Below are positions 50,146 through 61,990 of a DNA stretch of 64,000 nt, one piece after another. Numbering within the stretch: position 1 is the stretch's first letter; each line of letters opens with the position of its first letter. The notes below the pieces were generated by a model. It did no database searches and had not been told where the DNA came from. It worked only from the letters and a program-made list of their open reading frames with translations. Position numbers and translations under genes: made by a program. Where the stretch lies: sequence record OR532817.1. One strand, 5' to 3'.

Positions 50146-53100
50146 ATGAAATTTAAAAAATTTAATGGTACTGTCTATTCGTGTGACGATATATACTGTA
50201 ATCCGTCTTATCATGATGGATTTTTCATCAAAACAAAAGATCATGAAGTACTGAAAGTTTCCTTACAGTGGGAAGAGGGTAGAACAAATAACTATAGATT
50301 TGTTCGCGGTGATAAATTTTCATACACACCAAAGGATATAATTTGGCCGGATAGTGTAGTTGAAATAGAAATTAAATAAGGTGGAAATTATTATGCCATT
50401 TCTCTTTATGATACTGTACTATTTGATTGTTGTTCCATCTTATAAGATTGGTGATTTAGTAGAATCCAGATTTGGTAATAAAGTTGGTACCGAGATTAAA
50501 TGGATAGTAGTACATCTTATTGTTCATTTAATAATCTTTTCGTTATTCATCGCATTACCATTATGGTTGTTTGGTGTAAAAATATTAATAATTGCAATTA
50601 TTTTTTTAGTTCTGGAAGTAATATGTTTCTATCTTATTCATAAACATAATTCAAAAAAATGAAAAAAGGGTTGACGAAAGTCAGCCCTTTTGCTATTATA
50701 TATACATCCAAACGAAACAGGAATTTAATTTAATGAAACTTCAATTCGACGCAATCAGTGCTGGTTCTAAAACAATCACAATCAACTGTGGTTCTATGAC
50801 TCGTGAGTTTCTTGAAGAACATAATATCCCATATAAGATGCATTATGACGATATCAAACTTGATATCAATACAGAAGTAGAAGTTGATATTCGTTCTTTT
50901 GAAGATATCAAGCACTTCTGTAAAAAGTATTGTGCAAACATTACATTCGGTAATGGTACTCCTGATATCACATTCTATTCTTTACACGAAGAAGATCTAC
51001 CAGTGCATTGTGCATGGGATTATAAAGATATACCAGTTCAGCAATTACGTTCAATGTATGCTGCTTTTATTCAGGAATGCAGTGAAATCAATGGAAGTAC
51101 CGAAATGAATGAAGATGAAAAAGAACAAATGAAACTCTTCGAAGAAACCATTGAATGGGTAAAAGGTCGAAATAAATGAAAGATTCAGTACTGAAATGTT
51201 CAGAAGGTGCTGATTGGTTAGTTGACAGAATACCAAATGCAGAGTATAATGCAATGAAATCTGAGATTGAATTGTGCGTTCATGCTATCTTCCAGAAATA
51301 TGGATATGGTAAAGAATTGCAAGATGCATTCAATGAATCTATTCCAGTTAAATTAGAAAGAAGGAAATGACAATGAATAAGGCACAAGAACTGAAACTCT
51401 GTATTCAACAACTTTGTACACTTCGTTGTGAAAACCTTCGTGCTATCTATGAAGGGGTGAATACAATTGAATTGTCACGTTGTGAAACTGCAATCAAAGC
51501 AAAAGAATTTGAAGTCAACCGCTTAATTGATGAACTTTGTGGAGAAAAGAAATGAACGTATTTAAGTTAAAATTTTATGCAAATGATACCCGCCCATTAG
51601 GAAAGAAAGTAGATTACGATCTGTACTTTAATAGTACTGAACTGGCATTAGAATACCTCAATACTAAGATGCCAGGACACAAAGAAATCACAGAAGAAGT
51701 TGTTAAGCCGTGGTTCACTAATTACAATACTCGTACTTTTACATGGGAAGGTAAGCGTTATGATGAAAACGGTGAATGGGATTATCCAGTAGAATTCACG
51801 GTTGAACTCGACAAAATTGAAGTAATTCAAACATTAGAGGAATAGTATGTGGTTGCTAATTTTTCCTGTACTGACTGTTTTACTGACACTTTATTATTTT
51901 GTTCCACAATTAGCAGCAACGATATTTGTATTCGTTTTTTGTGGAACTATCTATAATATGTTGTTGGTACTATTATGGTTAATTGGTATTCATATTATAC
52001 CACAAAAATATGAAAACCATTTTGCTGTTGCAATAATTGCTTTATTTGTAGTACTGAATGGTGTATGGATCTGGGCTATCTGGTTTTAGTAAAAAAGTTC
52101 AGTTAAGAAATTACTTATCAAAGATAAGAAGAATATTTCTATCCAGATGTGTAATTTTTTTACTATATGACATAGGATAATATATAAAATGTATGTTACT
52201 GTTCAAACTAATGATAGAACTCAAGTGTATACTAAAGAGTTTTTAAATAAAGTGGGGATTGTTGAACTAACTCGTATAGCTTTTGAGCATTATAATGCAC
52301 AAGAACAATATGATAATGTTCCACAAAATTATAAGAAAAAAATCAACCTCTTTACTGGTCTTGTAGTAGGTGAAATAGTATGAAAGGAATCAAAGCTAAA
52401 AATAGTGTCTTATTTTCTTTGATTGATGGAAAATATACATATGAAGTAATGTATGGAACTACTAGATCTGTAGTATTATATATTGATGATGTATTATCAT
52501 TATCTATGAATAAAACTACTATGAATTGTATGACAAATCGTGCTGTTCCATTTTCAGTACTGGAACGTATGCAATCATTTGTCAATAAAGTATAGTCTAT
52601 TCTATTACATTAATATTTCTATTATGGAACTATAAATGTGGTGGTTACACCAGAAAAAGAACTGAAAAAAGGGTTGACGAAAGTCAGCCTTTTTGCTAAT
52701 ATAATAATCATCTGGAAAAACCATTTTAATTTGAGGTATATTATGTCACGTAAAGTTCTTATCAATCGTTTAGCTGAAGCCCTGAATTGCAAGCCGCATG
52801 AGATTCCTCATGTTAATGAACTGACCAGTAATCAAATATACTGGATGATTCAACATGAACGTATGCATAAACGCTATGGTGATTTATATCGTTCAAAATG
52901 ATCATATAAAAGGGTTGACTTTGGTCAACCCTTTTGCTATTATATTTGTATATTAAGTCAATGAGGTGTTGTATTATGATTCGTTATGCTCTGCGTCATA
53001 GAACTTCCAAACAGTACGTTGGATTTCGTACTGTTCAATGGGAATTCGGTACTGATGTTCATTTAGATTTCGATGAAGATGATATTTGGTTGAAAGCAGA

Positions 53101-54266
53101 TCGCACATTAATGGATACACTTATTGAAAATAGAAAGTCAAGTGATGCATCGTTACAATTGAGTGATTCAGTACTGAAGGCATTGAAAGATTATAAATTA
53201 GAAGTGATGGAAATTAATTTCCCAGATACTGATTGGTGGGATGATTATTGATTGTGAAAATACAATCTTAATTTTATGAACTAAATTATCTAAAGGTGAA
53301 ATAATGCAATACTCTATCTATGCTCGTATGGGAGTTGATTATGAATGGAACAGACTTCGTACAGTTTACAATGAAGAGAAAGCAATTGAACTGAAAGAGT
53401 ATTACGAACAAACATGGCGTGTCGTTGAAATTCGCAATGAAAGCAAATAAGTGTTGACAACATATATCAGTACTGTATAATATAATACAATCTTAATTGA
53501 AAAGGTAAAAACATAAATGAAAGTTACTCTGACTGGTGGTACAATTAATGTAGCAACAATCAAATCAGTACTGGAAAATAATAGTCAAGTATATATTTCA
53601 CTTCCGATTAATGATGTTTGTGAAATTTTAGTGACTCGTTCGGCATCGCATTTTAACGGGTATATTAAACAAGATAGTATTGAAGTTAAATACGCCGAAC
53701 GAGATTGTGGTGAAATCCAGTGCATGGCAACAGAATACTTCAACATCAATATGATGGAAAAAGCTGCAATGGCTGCCGTTGAGCGATATAATTCAGAAGA
53801 TCCATGTGAATTTTCTAATTATTCAGTGGCGTTTGAAAATACATTTATTAAAGAATAATAAAATAAAGTCATACCTTTTCCTATAATATAGTATTAATAA
53901 AATAGAGAATATTGTATGAAACTTGATTATGAATTAATAAGCAAAACGTTTAAATTAATATATTTTATTTTTGGTTATAGTAAAAATTCTAATTTTTTTC
54001 CAATATTATTTGACCTTGATGAAAATGATATTCACCAAGAATACAATAAAATATTGAATAGAGAGTTACATTTATCAATTAAAGAATTAGTAATTAATAA
54101 GTATATTCATTATAAAAATAAAAATTTTGATGGATATTTGCGAATTATTGGATATGATTTTGATACATCGAAATTAATAGTAAAGGCACCCAATAATACA
54201 GGAATTTTCCAAATAACTTGGGTGAATTTAAAAATTTTTGACAGTATACCATCAAAAAAGGGTTGA
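50146..54266 (+). other. cassettes of small hypothetical CDS (about 14 ORFs, several membrane)
   Basis: Coupled ORFs after hybrid repeats at 50662, 52665, 52908 and promoter 53455..53482. Confidence 0.5.
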
Positions 54267-54320
54267 CGAAAGTCAGCCTTTTTTGCTATAATGTGTTTAT
54301 TAAGAAAGGAGAAATAAAAA

Positions 54321-55091
54321 ATGCATCCTCGTTTAGTTAGAAGTCAGAAAATCCAGAAAAACTTCGATTCGATGCTCGCAGTACTGGAAAGTATGCTTAA
54401 ACCAAATAGCCCTATTAATAGCATGATTGTAAGTGGTGCTCCGGGTATTGGTAAAACATACTCACTCTCTAACCGACTCAATAAAGCACATTCTAATGCT
54501 GAATGTAATGTAACTACCGTTAGCGGTAAAATGACTACCCTAGCACTCTTCGAAGTACTGTACAAAAACCGGTTCAGTACTAATATCATTGTACTTGATG
54601 ATATGGACAGTATTTTTGATTCAGAAGATGGTATGAATCTGCTCAAAGCAGTACTTGATACTTCAAAACGTACAGTATCATATATGTCATCTTCTAAGTA
54701 CTTAAAAGATAATGGTATCCCAAGTACTTTTGATTTTTTTGGTAAAATTGTATTCATTACAAATAAAGATTTAACACGTATTGCTGCATCTAAAAGCAAA
54801 CAAGCACCACATTGTCAAGCATTGATTTCTCGTTCAGTGTATATTGATCTTGAAATTCAAAGCAAAGAAGATATCATGATCCATATCGAAAATGTTATGC
54901 TCAGTACTAACATTCTAGAAAAATACAATGTGAATCAAAATGGTAGTAACATGATTCTTAATTGGATGCTGAAACACCAGGAACGTCTACAGTCTCCATC
55001 ATTACGTACACCTGTGCTTATTAGTGCTCTGTATAATTCCAATCCATATGATTGGGAAGAAATTTGCGAAAATGTTTATCTGGAGAAATAA
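54321..55091 (+). CDS. AAA+ ATPase
   Basis: Walker A GAPGIGKT, Walker B IIVLDD, IVFITN sensor, SRS arginine finger. Confidence 0.85.
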   Translation: MHPRLVRSQKIQKNFDSMLAVLESMLKPNSPINSMIVSGAPGIGKTYSLSNRLNKAHSNAECNVTTVSGKMTTLALFEVLYKNRFSTNIIVLDDMDSIFDSEDGMNLLKAVLDTSKRTVSYMSSSKYLKDNGIPSTFDFFGKIVFITNKDLTRIAASKSKQAPHCQALISRSVYIDLEIQSKEDIMIHIENVMLSTNILEKYNVNQNGSNMILNWMLKHQERLQSPSLRTPVLISALYNSNPYDWEEICENVYLEK

Positions 55092-55405
55092 TGAAATACA
55101 AATGTACGGTGTATAAAGAAGGAATTGTATTCATTGAAGTCTATGTAGATGATGATATTTGGTTTGAAGTTGATGAATGTTTTGATACAAATGTATACGT
55201 ATCAAAAAATGGATATATCTATGAATATAATTTAAATAACGATTTTGGTTCAATGCAAGATGATGAATTATTTCAATTGAGTACTGTAAGTCCGATTCCT
55301 TTTGACTTAAAAATCATTAGAGAAGCCCATAAACAATTCAGTACTATTATAAAAGAAAATTCATCATTATTGTATCATTATATATTAGTAACAGAGGACG
55401 AATAA
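55090..55405 (+). CDS. hypothetical protein, FQxS-motif family
   Basis: DDELFQLSTVSP. Confidence 0.6.
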
Positions 55406-55535
55406 TGAAACCAGAACAATGGATCATCGATGATATGCGTGCTATGCGTAAGATTGAAAATAAATCATACGAAGAACAAGCATACTTAGATCTTCTTCAA
55501 TGGTATGTTAAAGTAATCCAATCAAAGGAATAATT

Positions 55536-58311
55536 ATGTTAGACTTTATGCTAAAAAGTGAACTATCTCATACTATTGGATATAGTATTGCAGTACTGAT
55601 CGTATTCAGCTTTCTGTTTGAAAAAATCAATTGGCTATTCAAAACCAATATCTATAAAAAATGTTATAAAGTTAAAAGTTTTGACAGACAATTCTTTTTG
55701 GGTGTAATGTATACATTAACATTATATTGTAGTGTATTTGAAATTGGATTTGTACTGGCTGATTCACCATTAACATTATATCTTTCATTGTATACACTTT
55801 TTGTTATACCATTTTCTTTGTATATTTTTTGTACTAAAGTGTTCGATAAAATTATTGAATTCCGAAATAAACTACCAGACTGATATGGAGTAATATAAAT
55901 GATTGAGTTTATATTCAAAAGTGATTTCGCATATAGTGTTGGGTATTGTATCTTTATTGCTATTATTTTTAATTACTTATTTGAGAAAATTAACCATTAT
56001 TTTAAGACAAATATTTACAAAAAGTATTATCTAAACAAGAGCAGTAAAAGAAAAAACATTGAATTCACTCTGTATATTAGTACTATATATCTGGTAGCAA
56101 TTGAACTTCCTTCAGTACTAACTGATAAAAATGTAACAATGCTATTTTGTGTATATAGTGCAGTGATTATCTTCTTTTGGGTATATTATACAATCAAAGC
56201 ATTGAATCAAAAATTAACTGAATTCCATAATAAACTACCGGATTAATTAAAAATGAATGAATTTCTACGAAGTGAACTATTGTGCTCAGTACTACAATGC
56301 TTTTTGTTGTTATTCATTGTGTACCATTTGTATATTTTAGTACTATGGTACTTTAAACGTAAATCGTATTTGACATTATGGCAAAACAATAAGTTAGCAG
56401 TTCCATTTCTTACTACTACAACAATAGCTTATGCTCTTTCCGGGATTTTCCTGTTTCCGGTAGATGATCCTGTAATGCAAGAAAGTGGGATAGCAATTGC
56501 TAATCTTATTAGATCACTGTTCATTAGTGCATGGTTTTTCTTTGTATTAATCAGGTACTTAGTGCGTTTACGTACTAAAATCGAAGGGGCATTCTAAAAT
56601 GCTGGAGTACATTAATCTGTTTGATACATCATTTGTTATAGTTAGTACTTATTATATTTGTAGTACTATATTCTACTTTCTGATGTGGTTCTTTAAACGT
56701 AAACTGGATAACTTCATTAAGCAATATTCGTTACAACTGGCATTACAATTGTATTACTGGATTGGATTTGGTTTAATGTATTTGCATTACTATTTTGTAT
56801 TATATAATATCCGTGAAAATGGTACATTTATGCTTTATATGCTACAAATTATCGGTACTACAATCTATGTAGGTTATCTAATGTCGATTGTATTGTCAAA
56901 GTTAAGAAACAAAATCCCTGATATGAGGAATTAAAAAAATGACATATATTTTTATTGCATTAGCAATGTATTACTGGATTTCGTGGACTGGATATCTCTT
57001 TGCATTAAAATCTTTTGATTATTTCAGTGCTTCCTGTAAAGAAAGTTGGGGATGGCATGTAATGGCAACTTCGTCAGTAACATACTGTGCTTATGAAAGC
57101 ATCACTGATAAGACATTCAATGATATTGTATTGAGTACAGTACTGATGTATTTGTGGGGTTTTGCATTTATTGTTCATATTTCACCTTTAATTATAGATA
57201 AAATTGTAAAATTTCATAATAAACAAAAGGAAAAACGTACATGATCCTTACATTAAATTTACTGACATTTTTTAGTGTATTAACGTGTTTAATCTTTATT
57301 GGAAAATTCTTTTGTGTTAAAATAGCAGAAAAGATTTATGATTCATGGGAAAACGAAATGTCTTTATGGGTTCCTATATTCTGGACTGTTAGTAATGTAT
57401 TTTTAATTCCAGCCTGGATTGGTGCAACAAAGGAAATCTTCCCACTTTTTTTATTCAGTGCAATGTTCAGTGCTGGTTTTTGTTTTATGTATATGGCATT
57501 TGAATTGATTGTTGTACTAAATGCTGTATTAGTACCTGCATTAAAGAATGTGCATGTAAAAATTAAACTCAAGAAATCACAGGGCAAATTATGACTTACA
57601 GAGATTATTTTTGTATATTCGAAGTACTGGTTTTCACTTCAGGTAGTTTAGTATTGTTATTGCATTATTTTTGTGTTGAGCCTTTTTACAAATTATTAAA
57701 ACCAAAAACCGAAATGGGTGTATTTTGTTTATTTCAGTTTTTGTATTACTATTTTCTGTCTATTCTTTCTGTTGTTGTAGAAGTAATTTTCGGAGGATTT
57801 GTTAATGCAGACAAAATGCCGTCATACGAGTTGTTTACAATCTTCAATGTACTTATGATTGCGTTAATAGTGTTCGTTTCAATTCTTGCTGGAATTTACA
57901 AATTTTTCGTATTCCTTGGTAACAAACACAATGATATAGTACTAAAACGAAAAGGAACCCTGACAAATGAGCGTAATTGAAATAATTGTAATTGCATACC
58001 ACATTTTAGCTGGACTTCTTGTTTTATCTGTTCTTGTGGATTATGCATTAGGATTTGATAAACTTAAATTTATCTATCAGTACTTTGATGATAATTTCGA
58101 TAGTGATAATCCAGTACACGTATTTCTTGGATTAGAATTTATGTGCTTAATTCTTGTACTGTTTATTCCCATTATCGGTACTGGAACATCTCTTTTCTTC
58201 ATTACTGCAATTACATTATTGTACTTCGTAGTAATAGTTCTTATTTTAGTACTATATTCTGTTGCATATGGAATAGAAAAAATTAGAAATAAACGCCTAA
58301 CAAAAAAATAA
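55536..58311 (+). repeat. tandem array of eight ~100-130 aa multi-TM membrane CDS
   Basis: First two share LFEKIN..FKTNIYKK and EF.NKLPD; others end in RTKI, RNKIPD, FHNKQ, IRNKR. Confidence 0.75.
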
Positions 58312-58384
58312 AAAAATAGTTCCTGAACTTGACAATGCTGGAATTATTATATATAATAACATAATAAAATAAAAGAGGCACAAA

Positions 58385-58972
58385 ATGAAACGCATAACTC
58401 GCAGCAAAAATGTGATCAGGGATAGATTTCGCAAGGTAAACATTATTAAGTACAGTACTATTGCATTAGCATTAAGTACTACATTTGTACTCACTGCATG
58501 TGATGAACCAACAAATGTAGACGTATACAAATCATTAGAACAATGCAAAACTTCTGGAAAAAATCCAGCACAATGCGAAGAAGATTACAAAAATGCACTA
58601 AAGCAAAGTGTCAGTACTGCACCGCATTATAAATCACAAAGCGAATGCTACGCAGACTTTGATACAGTATGTCAGGAAGGACATTACAGTACTGGTGGTA
58701 TGTTCTTCTATCCTATGATGACCGGATTCCATAGTTCAGGACAAGGATATCATTCACAACCTTTATATAGTCATAAAGGTAATTACGTTGATGCTGGTGG
58801 AAATAATTACGGATCAACTTACAGTACCACTACTAACAGAACTGTACCAAGATCCGGTCTGACACAAAAAGCACCAACCAGTACTATAACCAGAAGTGGA
58901 TTTGGTAGTACTGTTTCAAGTCGCAGCTTTTCAAGTTCTCATAGTTCATCAAGCCATTCATTTGGTGGTTAA
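58385..58972 (+). CDS. DUF1190 (YgiB-like) lipoprotein
   Basis: Lipobox FVLTAC; VY.S...C...C...Y..AL...AP.Y.S..EC.A.F; Ser/Thr-rich tail ending FGG. Confidence 0.8.
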   Translation: MKRITRSKNVIRDRFRKVNIIKYSTIALALSTTFVLTACDEPTNVDVYKSLEQCKTSGKNPAQCEEDYKNALKQSVSTAPHYKSQSECYADFDTVCQEGHYSTGGMFFYPMMTGFHSSGQGYHSQPLYSHKGNYVDAGGNNYGSTYSTTTNRTVPRSGLTQKAPTSTITRSGFGSTVSSRSFSSSHSSSSHSFGG

Positions 58973-58989
58973 ACAATAAAGGAAAATAA

Positions 58990-59622
58990 ATGAAATATTC
59001 AAGCCTGAATCTTTATAATAATCCAGCAGTCGCTACTCATGCAATCACTGGTAGTATCAATGATTCTTCTTATAAAGAATTCCGTGAGTTCATCAAGGCA
59101 GTACTGGAAAATAATCAGAAAATCTCCGACGAAGAACGTATCCATAAAGAGAAAGAAGAATTCAATAAAATTCATAACCCAGAAGCTAAACCAGAATTCT
59201 TTAGCCCTAAAACTAAAGTACAACGTATTAATCTTATCGTAGATTCATATGGCGGTCAATGTTCTTCTATGACCAGTATTGTTGCACTAATGAATAGTTC
59301 TCCTATTCCTATTGATACATATTGCTTCGGTGCTGCCATGTCAGCAGGATTTATGATTTTTATTCATGGAAAAAATCGTTATGTAGGTAATGCAGCAGAC
59401 CTTATGATGCATAGTTTAAGTACTGGTGTATATGATCACGCACCTGGTATTAAATCAAAAGCCGAACACCTGCTGAAAATTAATACAGTCTATCAACAAA
59501 TGGTAGCAAATAAAACTGGTCTTACAATGGAATGGCTTAAAGAGCACGAAGAAAAGGATATGCACTTCCTTGCAGATGATTGTATTGAATACAAAATTGC
59601 AGATGCAATCATTGAGGAATAA
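58990..59622 (+). CDS. clpP: ClpP-family protease subunit
   Basis: IVDSYGG, TYCFGAAMSAG (Ser), LMMH (His), DMHFLA (Asp), IADAII. Confidence 0.85.
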   Translation: MKYSSLNLYNNPAVATHAITGSINDSSYKEFREFIKAVLENNQKISDEERIHKEKEEFNKIHNPEAKPEFFSPKTKVQRINLIVDSYGGQCSSMTSIVALMNSSPIPIDTYCFGAAMSAGFMIFIHGKNRYVGNAADLMMHSLSTGVYDHAPGIKSKAEHLLKINTVYQQMVANKTGLTMEWLKEHEEKDMHFLADDCIEYKIADAIIEE

Positions 59623-59841
59623 TATATGACAATATTATTCAGTACTAAAGATCCGGTAGGCGATTCTAGTAATGTAGTTAGTAACTTCTACAATCATGTT
59701 CGTCGTAAGACACATCATGGTTCATGGGGTGCTGATAAACATGCACGTAAGCTATTCCCGAGGGGAAAGGCGTATGATCGTCTGTTTGAATTACAATTGG
59801 ATTGTTGGAAAAACCGCTACGATTATTTCTAAGAGAATACT

Positions 59842-60231
59842 ATGACTACACAACTAACCGATGATGGTCCGATTACTGTACAAGTACTGTTTTCTTTTGT
59901 ACAAGCTACCAAAGATGAACTACCAGCACTCTTTGTTTGCACTGCGGAGTACTTAGAAGCTAACGAAGAGACTGACAATGACATTACGCCAGATCAATTC
60001 CCTGATATCTTTGAAGCTGGTGAACCAAAAGATGAAGATGATTGCATCTTCTACTACGTCAAAGGTTCTACACGCTTCCGCTTCTATGACATGGGCTATG
60101 GTACATGGGGAATTGAAGAATTGAAAGATGGTGAGTATGATTGTGTAGGTGCGGTTGATGAGAAAGCATTGATGGCTCTACTCGGACAAGCTGGCCTCGT
60201 AAAAGATGATTCATTGATCCAGTACTTCTAA
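59842..60231 (+). CDS. acidic hypothetical protein
   Basis: 129 aa, strongly D/E-rich. Confidence 0.65.
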   Translation: MTTQLTDDGPITVQVLFSFVQATKDELPALFVCTAEYLEANEETDNDITPDQFPDIFEAGEPKDEDDCIFYYVKGSTRFRFYDMGYGTWGIEELKDGEYDCVGAVDEKALMALLGQAGLVKDDSLIQYF

Positions 60232-60300
60232 AATAAAGGGTTGACTTCGGTCAGCCTTTTTTGTTATTATATCAGTACTATATCAAAGAGGTAATTAATA

Positions 60301-60900
60301 ATGAAAAAAGTCAAAAAATTATACAAAGATTGGTACAACAAAATTAAACAACAACATTTAAAAGAAAAACGCAACCCGCAATCTACTTATGTGTTTAGAT
60401 GGACTTTCAAATCTTCAGATAGTATGAAAAAGATTAAACCGGGTGCTACATTTAAAATTGCTAAAGTACTAAAAATATTTCTCAGAGCTAATAATATCCA
60501 TCTCAATGAAGTAGGGTGGAATAATAGAGGGAAAATTACTTGTACTAATAAAATTAAATCAGCAACCTTTGATGTATATATCAAAAATATTCCATGCTCA
60601 ATTATGGTATCCGCCACAGGAGCATTTATACTCACCAATTATCATAAACATAAAAAAAATAATACATTAGAAAATTGCATTGTATATAATTCACATAATG
60701 ATCTCTTTCTTCAGGGTCGTCAAATACTTGAAGAATTAAACATCGATTACAATAACTTAACAGAAGAAGAAATATTTCAACTAAGTACTATATTCGATGT
60801 GTATTTCTATAAAACCGTCAAAAATATAGGAATAGAATTACACAATACCAAAAACCTAAACTGTAATAAACTCGTAGCAGTACTAAACAAATACAAATAA
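60301..60900 (+). CDS. hypothetical protein, FQxS-motif family
   Basis: EEEIFQLSTIFD. Confidence 0.65.
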   Translation: MKKVKKLYKDWYNKIKQQHLKEKRNPQSTYVFRWTFKSSDSMKKIKPGATFKIAKVLKIFLRANNIHLNEVGWNNRGKITCTNKIKSATFDVYIKNIPCSIMVSATGAFILTNYHKHKKNNTLENCIVYNSHNDLFLQGRQILEELNIDYNNLTEEEIFQLSTIFDVYFYKTVKNIGIELHNTKNLNCNKLVAVLNKYK

Positions 60901-60922
60901 AACCAATGAAGGATTTAAGTAA

Positions 60923-61456
60923 ATGATCATCCAAATCAATAGCTATAAAACAAAAGAAGAACTGACCACCCTTATTATTAAAGCTATTCAAAAAGGGGAA
61001 AGTTATATCAAAATTCCATTAGATAAAACAAGCAATCGTAATATGGTTATTTCCCAAATTGATAAAGATTTTGATATCAATATATGCTATATGGAAGAAA
61101 CCAGTACAGATATCATCTACTCAGGTACTGAATCATTTAATCCAGACCAAATCGTTACAGCAGCGGATAATTGCGTCCAACGTTATTTCAGTACTGAACC
61201 AAATAAAACAATCAGAGAACAACAAAAAGTAGAAAAACATAGCAAAAACTTCCCCGGTGGTATGACCGTTAAAGAACTAAAAGAATTAATTAAAGATTGG
61301 CCTGAAACCAATCAGTACGGAGAAGATACTTTAGTATATATCAGTACTGAATCAGATACGGATTGTACTGTACATTCTTCGTGGTGTTCATCAGTAAGAA
61401 CTAATGATAATGGTACACTTGTGTATGACTTGACTCTTGATACAGAACAAAGATAA
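60923..61456 (+). CDS. hypothetical protein
   Basis: 177 aa; followed by terminator-like ACTCCCCGTA/TACGGGGAGT. Confidence 0.65.
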   Translation: MIIQINSYKTKEELTTLIIKAIQKGESYIKIPLDKTSNRNMVISQIDKDFDINICYMEETSTDIIYSGTESFNPDQIVTAADNCVQRYFSTEPNKTIREQQKVEKHSKNFPGGMTVKELKELIKDWPETNQYGEDTLVYISTESDTDCTVHSSWCSSVRTNDNGTLVYDLTLDTEQR

Positions 61457-61959
61457 TTAAAAAGACTCCCCGTAAAACTCGATCAAACGGATTCTACGGG
61501 GAGTATACTATATTGGACGATATGGTCATTATAGTAGACAATTTAATGGATATAGGTGATTCAGTACTGATAATAATGAATATAAATGAATAAGAATAGT
61601 ATAGTACTAATAATAATGAATAGGAATTGATAAGAATGATTCAGTACTATTAAGAATGATTAAGTACTATTCAGTACTATTCAGTACTGATATGCCACTA
61701 AGTCCGTTTATAAAGTCGCACCCAGTGGGCTACATTTGTAACTATTCAGTACTTAATAATTCAACTCATCAATTATTACAAACCTAACTATTTCAAATCT
61801 AATTACCCCATTAACTAAATCCCCAAATTATATATTAGCAAAAATCCCAGTACTAAATCAAGAAAAATCTGGATTGTCGATGAGAAAAAATCTGGATTTT
61901 AAAAATTTTGAAATGTCGTTCATAGTTCAGGAAAAAAATGAAATCATAACAAGAAAAGT

Positions 61960-61990
61960 GTTGACACGGACATACTGCCATTATATAATG
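61960..61990 (+). promoter_or_regulatory. sigma70-like promoter upstream of ~500 bp of non-coding DNA
   Basis: GTGTTGACA...TATAAT; no ORF downstream. Confidence 0.6.

Larger units (their letters stand above)
38834..60272 (+). repeat. 12 dispersed terminator/promoter hybrid repeats (GGGTTGAC-N4/5-GTCARCC-TTTT-G(C/T)TA(T/A)(T/A)AT)
   Basis: Copies near 38834, 39221, 42392, 42855, 45440, 47941, 49598, 50662, 52665, 52908, 54254, 60235. Confidence 0.85.

Noticed and set aside
61561-61700. CRISPR array or LexA SOS boxes from CAGTACTG repeats
   Set aside because: The repeats are 8-10 bp without unique spacers. Half-sites resemble LexA (TACTG/CAGTA), but the spacing is not the 10-nt SOS-box spacing in the cases checked.
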